From contig CALUQS010000038.1 in the NCBI GenBank assembly GCA_944322975.1, positions 190 to 64,189 on the forward strand: a stretch of DNA of 64,000 nucleotides. Reading direction: 5' to 3'. Below the pieces are notes generated by a model. That model searched no databases, was not told where the DNA came from, and saw only the letters and a list, made by a program, of their open reading frames with translations. Below are positions 36,729 to 46,347 of this stretch, one piece after another (the stretch's first letter is position 1; every line of letters begins with the position of its first letter). The position numbers and the translations under genes are program-made. This DNA comes from Candidatus Gastranaerophilales bacterium. GTDB lineage: Bacteria > Cyanobacteriota > Vampirovibrionia > Gastranaerophilales > Gastranaerophilaceae.

Positions 36729-37265
36729 CTATGCAAACTTCGGTGCAGAGTTTTCTATACTTTTAGTCTCTTGCTCTTCTACAGTTTTTAGTTCTGCAGC
36801 AGCTGCTGCTGCTTGCGTTTCTAAAGATTTCTTTTCAAGTTCTATCTGGTTTTCCATATCTCTTATCTGTCTTATTTTGCTTTCGTTTATAGTATTTATA
36901 GACTGGTTCATCATAGTTAAGCCCATACCCATCGGCGTAGCCATAAAGTTTGCACCGCCGTTTAAAAGACTTCCCATTGATGCTAATGCATTTTGTACAG
37001 CAGCGTTGTTCATATCGCCGTTGCTTTCCTGCATAGCTTTTAATAAGCTTTGACTCATTGCCTGCTGCTGCATTGTATAGCCCATCTGGAACGCATTACT
37101 AATATTAGAAAAGAGGTTGCGCGTATTAGCTATAGCGCGTTCCAACCGTCCGGCATTGTCGGATAAGGTTTGTTGTTGTTGGCTCAACTGCATTATCCTT
37201 GCATTAAGTTGGTTAACGCGGTTGGTCAACATCAATTTTCGTGCTGTGAAAATTGCATAACCCAT
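36729..37265 (-). CDS. Short outlying member of the MGMA-head / coiled-coil-tail family (see 45564..49587)
   Basis: 178 aa. The head MGYAIFTARKLMLTNRVNQLNARIMQLSQQQQTLSDNAG aligns with MGMAASQARYLGLTARKTNVEYEGQQVNQERTALANQSAG. M/N/G/A-rich middle. Tail IRDMENQIELEKKSLETQ...KFA. Confidence 0.6.
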   Translation of the reverse strand: MGYAIFTARKLMLTNRVNQLNARIMQLSQQQQTLSDNAGRLERAIANTRNLFSNISNAFQMGYTMQQQAMSQSLLKAMQESNGDMNNAAVQNALASMGSLLNGGANFMATPMGMGLTMMNQSINTINESKIRQIRDMENQIELEKKSLETQAAAAAAELKTVEEQETKSIENSAPKFA

Positions 37266-37405
37266 TGTTGGTTTTCCTCTCGTGTTTAGTAATTAATTCC
37301 TCGTATCTAAATAAAAACATTTTGTATTCAATAATTGCTCATTTTGTTTATTTTTTGTTAAGATTTTGTAACAATTGTAACTAAGTAGTTTGTATAAACA
37401 TCCTG

Positions 37406-37816
37406 TTACTTTTTGTAAATATCGGAAATACATATATCTTCAGGGGTAATCGTCCAAACCTTTATGTTATATTTTTGAGCAACAGAATACAGTCTGTTTA
37501 AATATTTATTATCTTTCTGCGGATTTTCCATTATTATTACAATCCCTGCTTTTTTCCCGGTGCAATTGGCATAATAAAGAGACTGACCTATAGATTCCGC
37601 CCATTTATTTGCAAAGTCAAATTCTATTGCATAAGTATCAGTCAGGCAATCTATCCGTGTTTTATCCGATAATCTTACTTCTGTTCTTCCGTTATTGGCT
37701 TTACACCAGTTATTCTGGTATTCTTTTTCAAGATAATAGTGTGCTGTTGCTGATGGTTGAATAAAGAGGGATAGCAGCAAAGCTGATAATATTTTATAAG
37801 TTAATCGCAACCGCAA
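37406..37816 (-). CDS. Small secreted protein of unknown function (possible PD-(D/E)xK-like core)
   Basis: Signal peptide ..LLLSLFIQPSATA. Core EVRLSDKTRIDCLTDTYAIEFDFANKWAESIGQSLYY has acidic and Lys residues spaced like a restriction-endonuclease-fold motif. This is a by-eye impression only. Confidence 0.4.
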   Translation of the reverse strand: MRLRLTYKILSALLLSLFIQPSATAHYYLEKEYQNNWCKANNGRTEVRLSDKTRIDCLTDTYAIEFDFANKWAESIGQSLYYANCTGKKAGIVIIMENPQKDNKYLNRLYSVAQKYNIKVWTITPEDICISDIYKK

Positions 37817-37983
37817 GACGGGCTAAGTGTTCCATCGCAGCATAAAGCACGTCCGCTGCTGCAGCCGCATACTCCGCCGTGGTGAGAACAGCATCCGCCC
37901 CGGTGGATTAAATTATTCACAAGAGCAAATCCGCTGCCGGCGCTGCATAGTAACAGTATAATAATAACAAGTGTCTTTTTCAT
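37801..37983 (-). CDS. Cys-rich secreted mini-protein (60 aa)
   Basis: Signal peptide MKKTLVIIILLLCSAGSGFA. The mature 40 aa contain 10 Cys, 3 His and 8 Gly (GGCCSHHGGVCGCSSGRALCCDGTLSPSCGCD). It overlaps the next gene by 16 nt. Confidence 0.55.
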   Translation of the reverse strand: MKKTLVIIILLLCSAGSGFALVNNLIHRGGCCSHHGGVCGCSSGRALCCDGTLSPSCGCD

Positions 37984-38071
37984 AAAATAACATCCCTCTA
38001 TCTTTAATAGAGAATTATATATTTATAAATTTATTATAGTATTACATATATGTAAAATAACAATTTATTGG

Positions 38072-38698
38072 TTATGCCCGAATTTCATCAAGCATAACTT
38101 TGACTTTTTCTAAATCATTTTTCATCTGCCATCTGGGCGAGTTTATTTCCGTAGAGTGTTGTCTGAGAAGATACAGAGGGTGATAAATAGCCATAACCTC
38201 TATATCATCGAAAATATTCAGCCATTTTCCTCGTATTTCTGTAATATCTAAATCATTGTCAACAAATGAATGCAAAGCAGATGTTCCGCATAAAAGTATA
38301 ATTTTGGGCTTTATTATAGAAATTTGTCCTGTAAGATAAACCTGACAGGAGCGTTTTTCTTCATTTGTCGGTATACGATTCTGCGGCGGTTTACATTTTA
38401 TTGTGTTACACATATAAATGTCTTTGTCTCTGTCAATGCCGGCTTCTGCAAGCAAGGTGTTTAACAGTTGTCCGGCTCTGCCGACAAATGGTTTACCTGC
38501 GGTATCTTCATCAGGTCCGGGGGCATCACCTATTAACATAATCGGGGCATCAGCACTACCTGATGAAAAAACAATATCTGTTCGTGATTTGCATAAATCA
38601 CATGCACGGCATTGTCTGCATACATTTTGCAGCTCAACAAGTACCTGTTGCTTTACAGCGTTGTTTTTACAAACAACACCCGACAGAAGATGTTTCAT
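38072..38698 (-). CDS. udg: Uracil-DNA glycosylase, family 4 (Fe-S type)
   Basis: CRQCRACDLC cluster, GDAPGPDEDTAGKPFVGRAGQLL motif and C-terminal HPLYLLR. Confidence 0.9.
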   Translation of the reverse strand: MKHLLSGVVCKNNAVKQQVLVELQNVCRQCRACDLCKSRTDIVFSSGSADAPIMLIGDAPGPDEDTAGKPFVGRAGQLLNTLLAEAGIDRDKDIYMCNTIKCKPPQNRIPTNEEKRSCQVYLTGQISIIKPKIILLCGTSALHSFVDNDLDITEIRGKWLNIFDDIEVMAIYHPLYLLRQHSTEINSPRWQMKNDLEKVKVMLDEIRA

Positions 38699-38726
38699 AT
38701 AACCCCTTTAATTGACTATAGTATTA

Positions 38727-40040
38727 TTATACCATAGCTCCGCAGCATTTTTTATATTTTTTGCCGCTTCCGCAGGGACAAGGGTCATTTCTGCCTACTG
38801 TAGCGCCGACAGTCTTTTGGATTTCTTTTGCTTTGGTTTCTTCAGGGGTGGGAATAAATCCCATCAAATCGGCAAATGCTTTAGAGGAGTATAGCACGCT
38901 TGTAGGCGAATAAATTTTATCTTTAAGATAATCAAGCTTGTATTTTTCCAAAAACTCGTCTATAGACATCTGAGTGCCGTATAAATCGTTTAATACATCA
39001 ACAAAATTAGGATATCTTGCTGCAAGACGTTTAACAAGGCTTGCCGGAATCTTATCGTTTTCCATAAAAGATTTAAGGCATTCAGCCCAGCCTGATACTT
39101 CTTTATAGTTTTCTGTTTCTAAAATATGACAGAGTGTACCGTAAAACGGAACAATAAACATGCCTAAATCCTTATCAAAAATTACTCCGACGTCGTAGCA
39201 GGAACTGTGGCTGGAAAACCCTGCAAGAGACGACTCAATATAAGTATCGTAGCTGCTGTTAAATTCAGGAACTTTAAAGTATGCATACTGTTCAACCGGT
39301 TTTATGAGTTCTTTTATTTGTTCCGGAGTTTTTTCCGAAGAGTCAAAGTAGTAGTCATTAAAATCACTTATAAGCTGGTCTACATATTTATTTGTTGTGA
39401 CAATCTCATCTGTGCCGAAACATTCAATAAATTTTTCAGTGAATTTGGCGATTTCTTTTTCAATTTCGGATAATTTTTCAGGGTTATCTTTGTATAAATT
39501 TTCCGGCTGTTCAATAATCTTGGCTACAGCGTATCTCAGTACTCTGTCTTTATCGAGTGATGAGTATGTTTCACGGATTTCTATGATGTAATACTCATTT
39601 TCATAAGGAAATATTCTTGCGAGTATGTAATTCCCTTTAAATATTCCTTTTAAGTGGCTCATTTTGACCAGCGGCATTGCAAAATATTTCTTTTCATTGA
39701 CAAGGCTGAGCAGGTCAAACCCGTTTTTATTGATTTTTATTACTTCAAATAGAGCATCAATAGATTTTTTTAGTGCATTAACAATTTCTTTTGTATCATT
39801 ATCAACATCCGGATTGTCTTTTAAATACATCGAAAATACCGTATCCGTACCTCTATGGAAGGCTCTTTCAAAAACATATGTAACAAGAATAGAGCTTATT
39901 TGTGAGGCAGGAGCATTAAAGGCGCCTATTGTTTTAAGATATTCGTCAAAATCTTCTTTAATTTCAGGATTCGCCTGTGCATACTGGAATACTTTGCTTA
40001 ATGTCTCACTTATTGCTGAAATTTTGTCTATTACTGACAT
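38727..40040 (-). CDS. Hypothetical protein with a C-terminal SEC-C metal-binding motif
   Basis: 437 aa ending [18 protein letters not shown]. Confidence 0.65.
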   Translation of the reverse strand: MSVIDKISAISETLSKVFQYAQANPEIKEDFDEYLKTIGAFNAPASQISSILVTYVFERAFHRGTDTVFSMYLKDNPDVDNDTKEIVNALKKSIDALFEVIKINKNGFDLLSLVNEKKYFAMPLVKMSHLKGIFKGNYILARIFPYENEYYIIEIRETYSSLDKDRVLRYAVAKIIEQPENLYKDNPEKLSEIEKEIAKFTEKFIECFGTDEIVTTNKYVDQLISDFNDYYFDSSEKTPEQIKELIKPVEQYAYFKVPEFNSSYDTYIESSLAGFSSHSSCYDVGVIFDKDLGMFIVPFYGTLCHILETENYKEVSGWAECLKSFMENDKIPASLVKRLAARYPNFVDVLNDLYGTQMSIDEFLEKYKLDYLKDKIYSPTSVLYSSKAFADLMGFIPTPEETKAKEIQKTVGATVGRNDPCPCGSGKKYKKCCGAMV

Positions 40041-40057
40041 TTTCTATAACTCCCCTA

Positions 40058-40804
40058 TTATTTTAGTTTAAGTATTGCACTATGTCGTGCTGTAATTCCG
40101 TTTTCACGTCTGTATGAAAAGAATACATCAACCGAATCATAAGTACAATATTCACACTTGTCAATTCTCTTTACTCCTAGTTCTTTAAGTTGATGATAAT
40201 TAACCGTTTTTAAGTCAATATTATATTTGTGAATAACGGCATTATATAAATAGTAATCACTGTATTCTTTGCTTAAAGTTGCTGTTACTTGTTTAAAAAC
40301 CTCCTCGTCTACCTGATAATTATTTAAGGATATTGCAGGCCCGATAATGGCTGTTATGTTTTGAGGTTCCGTACCAAATTCTTTGTGCATAAATTCTATA
40401 GTCTTTGGGACAATGGAGGCAGCAGTACCACGCCAGCCGGCATGGGATATTGCACCTACATTATTTAATTCATCATAGAGTATTACGGGGGTACAATCAG
40501 CAAAATTAAGGACTATAGCTATATCGTTATCTTTTATTACAAGGGCATCTGTATTTTCATATTTATGACCTTTTTGTGCTGTTTGAATATTGGCTGAGTG
40601 TGTTTGAACCGGGGTTATAAAGTCTTTAACAGTAATATTGAGATAATCTGCTAAAATTTGCAGATTTTTTCTGCATTCCGGAATTAATTGCTCTAAATCT
40701 CTATATGTAACAACAGAGTCTCTTGTTGTAAATAAGTGCTCAGCTTTTGTCAGCAGTGTTGATTTTAATATTTTTTTATTATTAACTGTTTCGAATTTGA
40801 ACAT
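40058..40804 (-). CDS. pgeF: YfiH/PgeF (DUF152, laccase-domain) family protein
   Basis: Motifs VQTHSANI, TDALVI, FADCTPVILYD and HAGWRGT. Confidence 0.85.
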   Translation of the reverse strand: MFKFETVNNKKILKSTLLTKAEHLFTTRDSVVTYRDLEQLIPECRKNLQILADYLNITVKDFITPVQTHSANIQTAQKGHKYENTDALVIKDNDIAIVLNFADCTPVILYDELNNVGAISHAGWRGTAASIVPKTIEFMHKEFGTEPQNITAIIGPAISLNNYQVDEEVFKQVTATLSKEYSDYYLYNAVIHKYNIDLKTVNYHQLKELGVKRIDKCEYCTYDSVDVFFSYRRENGITARHSAILKLK

Positions 40805-40806
40805 AG

Positions 40807-41475
40807 TTACTTCTCAAAAGTGTTAAAAAGTCTGTCTCCTGCGTCACCCAGTCCCGGTACAATATAGCCTCTCTCGTTCAAGCCTTCGTCAATTTTTGCT
40901 GTGATAATTTTTAATTCAGGAAAATCCTTACACAAAAGATTAAGACCTTCCGGGCAGCTGAGTATTGAGACAAATACAATATTTTCAATTAATATGCCTT
41001 TTTTAAGAAATAATGATATTGCTGCGTGGCTTGAATTGCCGGTTGCAATCATAGGATCCAGTATAAAGACTTTAATTTTTTTCGGGTTTTCGTATAGAAC
41101 AGGTGTTTTGTCGTAATACCACACAGGTTCCAGTGTTGTTTCATCTCTGTACATTCCTACGTGCTGTACACTTGCATCAGGTATTATTGCGCTGGCTACA
41201 TCGGAGATTGCTAGACCTGCTCTTAAAATAGGCGCAAAAATAATTTTATAATCATCATCCAGTTTTTGAACATCACATTTTTTAATCGGTGTTTCTATAC
41301 TATAGCTTTTAAGCGCTAAATTCTTGGTTGCTTCTAAAATCAGTATTGCAGCAAGCCTTTTCATCGAATTTTTGAAACCGTCTGAGCTTACATTTTTATC
41401 TCTTATAACCCCTAAGTTATGTTCACAAAGCGGGTGTTTGACAACAGTAACGTTATTTTGTATTTTGTTTTCCAT
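40807..41475 (-). CDS. upp: Uracil phosphoribosyltransferase
   Basis: ILRAGL, the PRPP loop VFILDPMIATGNS and the C-terminal YIVPGLGDAGDRLFNT. Confidence 0.9.
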   Translation of the reverse strand: MENKIQNNVTVVKHPLCEHNLGVIRDKNVSSDGFKNSMKRLAAILILEATKNLALKSYSIETPIKKCDVQKLDDDYKIIFAPILRAGLAISDVASAIIPDASVQHVGMYRDETTLEPVWYYDKTPVLYENPKKIKVFILDPMIATGNSSHAAISLFLKKGILIENIVFVSILSCPEGLNLLCKDFPELKIITAKIDEGLNERGYIVPGLGDAGDRLFNTFEK

Positions 41476-42064
41476 TTTTGCTCCATTTTTCCAGCAAAGC
41501 TGATTCTTTGTTTTGAACTATATCAAGTATGTTGTGGATTTGCTCAAGTGCAATAGGGTCTTTTATGAAATTGACAACTGTATTTGTATTTTTGGGTGTC
41601 ATCATATTCATGAAGTTTGTAGTCATTGTAATAATGTCTGTAGCAATCTGGTTCTGGTATACATAAAAGTCCTGCAAACGTTTAGGCTCTGTTGCTGTAA
41701 TGTAATTTTTAGCCAGAGAACCTTCTCTTGGAACATAAAGCTCCAGTGATTTTGAGCCGCCCATGCCGGTGAATTCAACTGTTGCAGCGATTTTTTTAGG
41801 CATAACTATATCTTTGTCAGTTATTATAAATGTGATAAACACATCCTCATCAACAATAGCAATGTCTGAGACATATCCGACCTGATACCCCTGTATTTTA
41901 ACAGGCGACCCTTTGATTAAACCGTCTACGTCATTAAAAAACACATAGTAAGTGTGTTTTTCTCTAATATTTTTATTGTAGATATAAAGACTTATGAATG
42001 CCGACAAAAATATCAACACTAACCAAATCATAAGTTCTGCTATCCACAAAAGATGTTTTTTCAT
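41453..42064 (-). CDS. MlaD/MCE-domain protein
   Basis: N-terminal TM, then YYVFFNDVDGLIKGSPVKIQGYQVGYVSDI, typical of MCE domains. Confidence 0.65.
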   Translation of the reverse strand: MKKHLLWIAELMIWLVLIFLSAFISLYIYNKNIREKHTYYVFFNDVDGLIKGSPVKIQGYQVGYVSDIAIVDEDVFITFIITDKDIVMPKKIAATVEFTGMGGSKSLELYVPREGSLAKNYITATEPKRLQDFYVYQNQIATDIITMTTNFMNMMTPKNTNTVVNFIKDPIALEQIHNILDIVQNKESALLEKWSKNGKQNTK

Positions 42065-42091
42065 AACTACAATTATACTCGAATTTATATT

Positions 42092-42928
42092 TTAAAAAAA
42101 CTTATTAATAAATTCCGCTAATTCAAGGTATTTATCATTTGTGAGTTCTTTACAAAACACCAGATACGCATACGGTGCAATTTGTGTTACTTTGTTTGTG
42201 TCAATAAACAATGCCTCAACAAACCTTGCAAAAAGCTCGCTGGGGCGCTTGTAATAGTTGTCAAGCCTATTTATTCTGGAACTTATGCGTTTTAGCATTC
42301 TTTGTTTAGATTTCAGCAATATGTAGTTTTTAATATCTGTGTTAAATTGCGGAAAATCTTTATCTAATGTATTGATTGAATAGTCGTTTACTGAACCGAA
42401 AAATGCTGTTTTCACCTTAACCCTGTCATATTTCAGAAGGTATTTTGCATCAGTTTTTTTTATAATTTTTTCTATTGGTTTATAAGGCTCGGAACGTTTG
42501 AAATCAGGATAAGTTTTTTTTATGTCTGAGGACAATTTTTTAATTTCTGAAATGATATTTGCTCTTTTTTCCTGTAAAGCTTTGTACCCCTTATTTTGGT
42601 CAAAATATCTGGTTACATTATAAAGCTCGTTTTCCAGCTTTTGTAGGTCAGAATCAGGAAATAATTTTTCAAGACTGCCATGGTTCTTTGCTATATCTGT
42701 ATCGATTTTGTAATGTATATAATGGGTAAATTCGTGTATTAATACTTCTATTTTTCTTTCATCCGGCAGGTCTGTTGATATATCTATCCTGTTTTTCAAG
42801 AAAAAACCCTGATGTCCGCGTGCTTTTGTTGCCGTATTAACAGTCAAACCGAGAGTACGTACATACTCGACCATTTCTGTAAATAGGACTTTATAATTTT
42901 TATTTAAGTTTTCACACAGAAAACTCAT
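42092..42928 (-). CDS. Hypothetical protein with an HExxH motif (possible zinc metallopeptidase)
   Basis: 278 aa. IEVLIHEFTHYIHYK is the only recognisable motif. Confidence 0.45.
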   Translation of the reverse strand: MSFLCENLNKNYKVLFTEMVEYVRTLGLTVNTATKARGHQGFFLKNRIDISTDLPDERKIEVLIHEFTHYIHYKIDTDIAKNHGSLEKLFPDSDLQKLENELYNVTRYFDQNKGYKALQEKRANIISEIKKLSSDIKKTYPDFKRSEPYKPIEKIIKKTDAKYLLKYDRVKVKTAFFGSVNDYSINTLDKDFPQFNTDIKNYILLKSKQRMLKRISSRINRLDNYYKRPSELFARFVEALFIDTNKVTQIAPYAYLVFCKELTNDKYLELAEFINKFF

Positions 42929-43239
42929 GATGTACCTTTTACAATCCAGTTCTGGTATTCTTCGCTGCCCTGTACTATAGGTACAGCGATAATTTCAGGC
43001 AAAGTGTTTTCGTGGAGTTCTTTAATTTTTTCTTCCACCTGCTTAAATTTTTCTTCCTGAGTTTTAATCATTAATAAAAGCTCAGAGTCGTTTTGGGTAA
43101 TATCTTCCCACTTATATATGGAGGTAATTGCCGGAATTATGTTTACACAGGCAGCAAGGTTGTCTTCAACAAGCGTTGTTGCAATAAGATTAGCATTAAA
43201 TTCATTAGGCACTGTACAGTAAATTACACAATTTTTCAC
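42925..43239 (-). CDS. cutA: Divalent-cation tolerance protein CutA
   Basis: 104 aa. ATTLVEDNLAACVNIIPAITSIYKWE matches the CutA1 pattern. Confidence 0.85.
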   Translation of the reverse strand: MKNCVIYCTVPNEFNANLIATTLVEDNLAACVNIIPAITSIYKWEDITQNDSELLLMIKTQEEKFKQVEEKIKELHENTLPEIIAVPIVQGSEEYQNWIVKGTS

Positions 43240-43269
43240 TATAATCTCCTTTTTAAATATATTTATATT

Positions 43270-44700
43270 TTACAACATTTTTTCCGGATTCAAAATATAA
43301 TTAGGGTCAAAAACTTTTTTTATTTGAATCATAAGCTGTAATGTTGTCTTATCAAGCGCCAGCGGTAAAAAATTAGCTTTTTGACACCCTATACCGTGTT
43401 CGCCTGATAATGTACCGCCTAAAGATACTGAAAGTTTAAACAACTCTTCTTTAGCTTTTTCAAAATTTCTTTTCTGTTTTATGTCTCTCAAGTCCAGTGC
43501 AAAATTAGGATGGATGTTGCCGTCGCCAATGTGCCCCATGACCATGGTTATTAAGTTATACTTTCTGCTTATATCAAGTATGCCTTTTGACAATTCTGAT
43601 ATTTTAGATCGCGGAACAACAACATCTTCCGTTATAACGTTAGGTGCTAATTGAGCACAGGCGCCGAAGGCTGAGCGGCGTGCAGTCCATATCTTTTGTT
43701 TTTGCATTTCGTCCTGTGCGCAATCAATTTGTTTTGCTCCGTATTCATTGCAAATTTTTATGATTTTTTGCTCCTGAGCTTTGACAGAGGCTGTATCTCC
43801 GTCAATTTCTATAAGCAAAACAGCATCTTTGTCGCACAAAAGCCCTGTGGGATAAAAGTTTTCTATAGTTTGAACTGTTTTTTTATCTATCAAATCAATA
43901 ACAGATGGTGTTAAGTGGTTATTAATTATTCCGCTTACAGCGTCTACGGCATTTTCAATTGTTTCAAAATATACAAGCATTACATTACTGGTTTCGGGTG
44001 CAGGTATAAGTCGTAATGTGGCTTCGGTAACAATACCGAGTGTGCCCTCAGAGCCTACCATTAATTGGGTTAAATTGTATCCTGTAACATTTTTTACTGT
44101 AGGTGCACCTGTTCTTATAATGCTTCCGTCAGCCATTACGACTTCCAGATCCAGAACATAGTCTTTAAAAGTTCCGTATTTAAAAGCTCTTGGCCCGCCT
44201 GAAGAAAGTGCAATGCCCCCGCCAATTGTAGATACCGCAAGATTAGACGGATCGGGCGGAAAAAACAACCCGATGGCTTTCAGTGCACTTTGTAAATCTC
44301 CGACAACAACACCGGGCTGGACTTTACAGGTTAAATCCTGATTATTAATTTCTAAAATATTATTCATTTTAGAAAAATGAAGTATTATACCTCCTTTGAC
44401 AGGATTACAACCGCCTGCGTGGTTTGTTGCAGCTCCTCTTGGTATTACCGGTATTCTCTTTTTATTTGCAAACTTTAAAATATCACTGACCTGTTGTGTG
44501 TTTTGAGGAAATACAACAACTTTTGGGTATTGTTTGTTAAAGGGTATATGCGCACAGTCAAACGAATAAGCGTATATACCTTCCGAATCTGTTATTATGT
44601 TATTTTGTCCGACTATACCGGTCAGGTATGATATTACATTGTTATCAAAGTGTGTAAATGAGTTTATTTCTTTTGTTGTCATACCAAAATTATAAAACAT
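43270..44700 (-). CDS. glcD: FAD-linked oxidase (GlcD / D-lactate dehydrogenase family)
   Basis: 476 aa. FAD-binding PCMH region (PVIPRGAATNHAGG), VTGYNLTQLMVGSEGTLGIVTEATLRL, and C-terminal GTLSGEHGIG. Confidence 0.85.
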   Translation of the reverse strand: MFYNFGMTTKEINSFTHFDNNVISYLTGIVGQNNIITDSEGIYAYSFDCAHIPFNKQYPKVVVFPQNTQQVSDILKFANKKRIPVIPRGAATNHAGGCNPVKGGIILHFSKMNNILEINNQDLTCKVQPGVVVGDLQSALKAIGLFFPPDPSNLAVSTIGGGIALSSGGPRAFKYGTFKDYVLDLEVVMADGSIIRTGAPTVKNVTGYNLTQLMVGSEGTLGIVTEATLRLIPAPETSNVMLVYFETIENAVDAVSGIINNHLTPSVIDLIDKKTVQTIENFYPTGLLCDKDAVLLIEIDGDTASVKAQEQKIIKICNEYGAKQIDCAQDEMQKQKIWTARRSAFGACAQLAPNVITEDVVVPRSKISELSKGILDISRKYNLITMVMGHIGDGNIHPNFALDLRDIKQKRNFEKAKEELFKLSVSLGGTLSGEHGIGCQKANFLPLALDKTTLQLMIQIKKVFDPNYILNPEKML

Positions 44701-44850
44701 AACTTTTTAAAAAGAAATATAATTTTTGAATAATTATTTTGGCACAAAATATAATACTTCTTATATAGCGCCATTTTTGTATGAATATATTTTCTGCCGT
44801 GCTTAATAATTATTCCGTAAACTATTGTTAGAGAATGAGGAGTGAACTTT

Positions 44851-45558
44851 ATGCGCAAATTTGTTGTTATGTTATTTCTTTGTCTTACAATCTTTGGGAA
44901 TTCGTTTAATTCCGCTTATTGCGGCATTATTGATGTCAACAGGTATGATGAAGATACTACTATTACAGAAATATATGAAAAAGCGTCCCCTTCTATTGTT
45001 TTAATTGAAGCAGACCTGCCCGACGGTGTTTCAACAGGAACCGGCTGTATTATTGATTCAAGAGGTTACATTCTTACCAGTTCTCATGTTATTACGGGGG
45101 CTCCGTCTGTGCAGGTTACAATTTCAACCGGTGAGGTATTTAAGGGTAATGTAATATCAGTTATGGGTAAGGATAATGACCTTGCGATATTAAAAATTGA
45201 TGCCAAAAAGACTTTACCCGTAATTTCTCTCGGGGATTCCGAAAAAGTTAAGGTCGGTCAAAAGGTTCTCGCCATTGGAAATCCCTTTGGCTTTAGCAAC
45301 ACACTGACGACAGGCATTGTCTCAAGAATTGATTATAAAAAGAATAAAATCCAGACTGATGCAGCTATAAACCCGGGTAACTCAGGCGGGCCAATCATAA
45401 ATATTCACGGCGAGGTAATAGGTATCAGCCAGTCAATTTACAATCCGGATAATAATATATCAAATATAGGCATAGGGTTTGCCGTGCCTGTAAATGAGGC
45501 AAAGAATTTTATTAAGCTAGCAATGTCTAATGCAAAACTCTCTAAATCAGAAAGCTAA
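44851..45558 (+). CDS. Secreted trypsin-like serine protease (S1C, HtrA-like core without PDZ)
   Basis: Catalytic triad context TSSHV / DLAILKI / GNSGGP, with a signal peptide. Start placed at the ATG 9 nt after GAGGAG. Confidence 0.85.
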   Translation: MRKFVVMLFLCLTIFGNSFNSAYCGIIDVNRYDEDTTITEIYEKASPSIVLIEADLPDGVSTGTGCIIDSRGYILTSSHVITGAPSVQVTISTGEVFKGNVISVMGKDNDLAILKIDAKKTLPVISLGDSEKVKVGQKVLAIGNPFGFSNTLTTGIVSRIDYKKNKIQTDAAINPGNSGGPIINIHGEVIGISQSIYNPDNNISNIGIGFAVPVNEAKNFIKLAMSNAKLSKSES

Positions 45559-45563
45559 ATTTA

Positions 45564-45887
45564 CTAGTATTTAAATGAACGCTCGATATTTTTTTGGAGC
45601 ATTTGTTCGCAGGATTGGTACTCGGTCTCAATCATTTGCAATTTCTGTTTATACTGCTCCATCTTCATATCGAGTTGTTTTTCCATAACATTTAAGCGTT
45701 CTTTGCGTGCTTCCAATTTTTTTACAAGCGGGTCATCAGAGTCTAAATCACTGCCTACGTTAAGAAGGTCAGTGCAGGTTTTTGACAAATTCATTTTTGC
45801 TTCGGAAATTAATTGTACTTTATACTCGAGGTCAAGCCTGTAAGCGTTTAAATACATTAATCTCAGTTGTGCTGTTGCCATGCCCAT
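45564..45887 (-). CDS. Short (107 aa) member of the MGMA-head / coiled-coil-tail family
   Basis: Head MGMATAQLRLMYLNAYRLDLEYKVQLISEAKMNLS. Tail MEKQLDMKMEQYKQKLQMIETEYQSCEQMLQKNIERSFKY aligns with the tails of 47357..48334 and 48568..49587. Confidence 0.65.
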   Translation of the reverse strand: MGMATAQLRLMYLNAYRLDLEYKVQLISEAKMNLSKTCTDLLNVGSDLDSDDPLVKKLEARKERLNVMEKQLDMKMEQYKQKLQMIETEYQSCEQMLQKNIERSFKY

Positions 45888-45911
45888 AATAGGACCACCC
45901 TTGTCTAGTAA

Positions 45912-46184
45912 TTATCGTTGCAGATTAATTTTGTTCCCCCTGAGGAAAACGTGCTCGTTATTTTCGGCTATCAACTGCTCCATCTGGTTCAATTTGTACA
46001 TCTGGTAGTTTACTCTGTACTTTGCCATCTTTAATTTACGGTTCATTGTCAGGTAATCTTTAACCATTGCTGTAATTTGAGCAAGAAATATTTGCAGCGG
46101 ATTATGCCTTCTAAGATAAGACATCAAGTATCCAAAGAAGTTAACTATTTTTTGCAAGTTTGTCATTAAAGCTGCTTGAAACAA
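45912..46184 (-). CDS. Hypothetical 90-aa helical protein, first gene of the 46184-45564 unit
   Basis: TTG start 6 nt after AAGGAG. Its stop lies 24 nt upstream of the next start. No recognisable motif. Confidence 0.5.
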   Translation of the reverse strand: MFQAALMTNLQKIVNFFGYLMSYLRRHNPLQIFLAQITAMVKDYLTMNRKLKMAKYRVNYQMYKLNQMEQLIAENNEHVFLRGNKINLQR

Positions 46185-46347
46185 TGTTTACTCCTTGTCC
46201 ACTTGGACCTACACTACAATAAAAACAGAACACTTTATATTATTGCTTTATATTGTGATTATTTTAATAATTCTTAATATATAAAGTTAATACTACTGCC
46301 TGAAACCATTTTAAAGAATGACAGGCAGTTTTTGTGCTCTATATTAT

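Noticed and set aside
46296-46333. CTGCCTG-N19-CAGGCAG hairpin followed by TTTTT on the plus strand, as a plus-strand terminator.
   Set aside because: No plus-strand gene or promoter lies upstream. It is more simply a stem-loop within the minus-strand leader of the 46184..45564 unit, so it is mentioned there instead.
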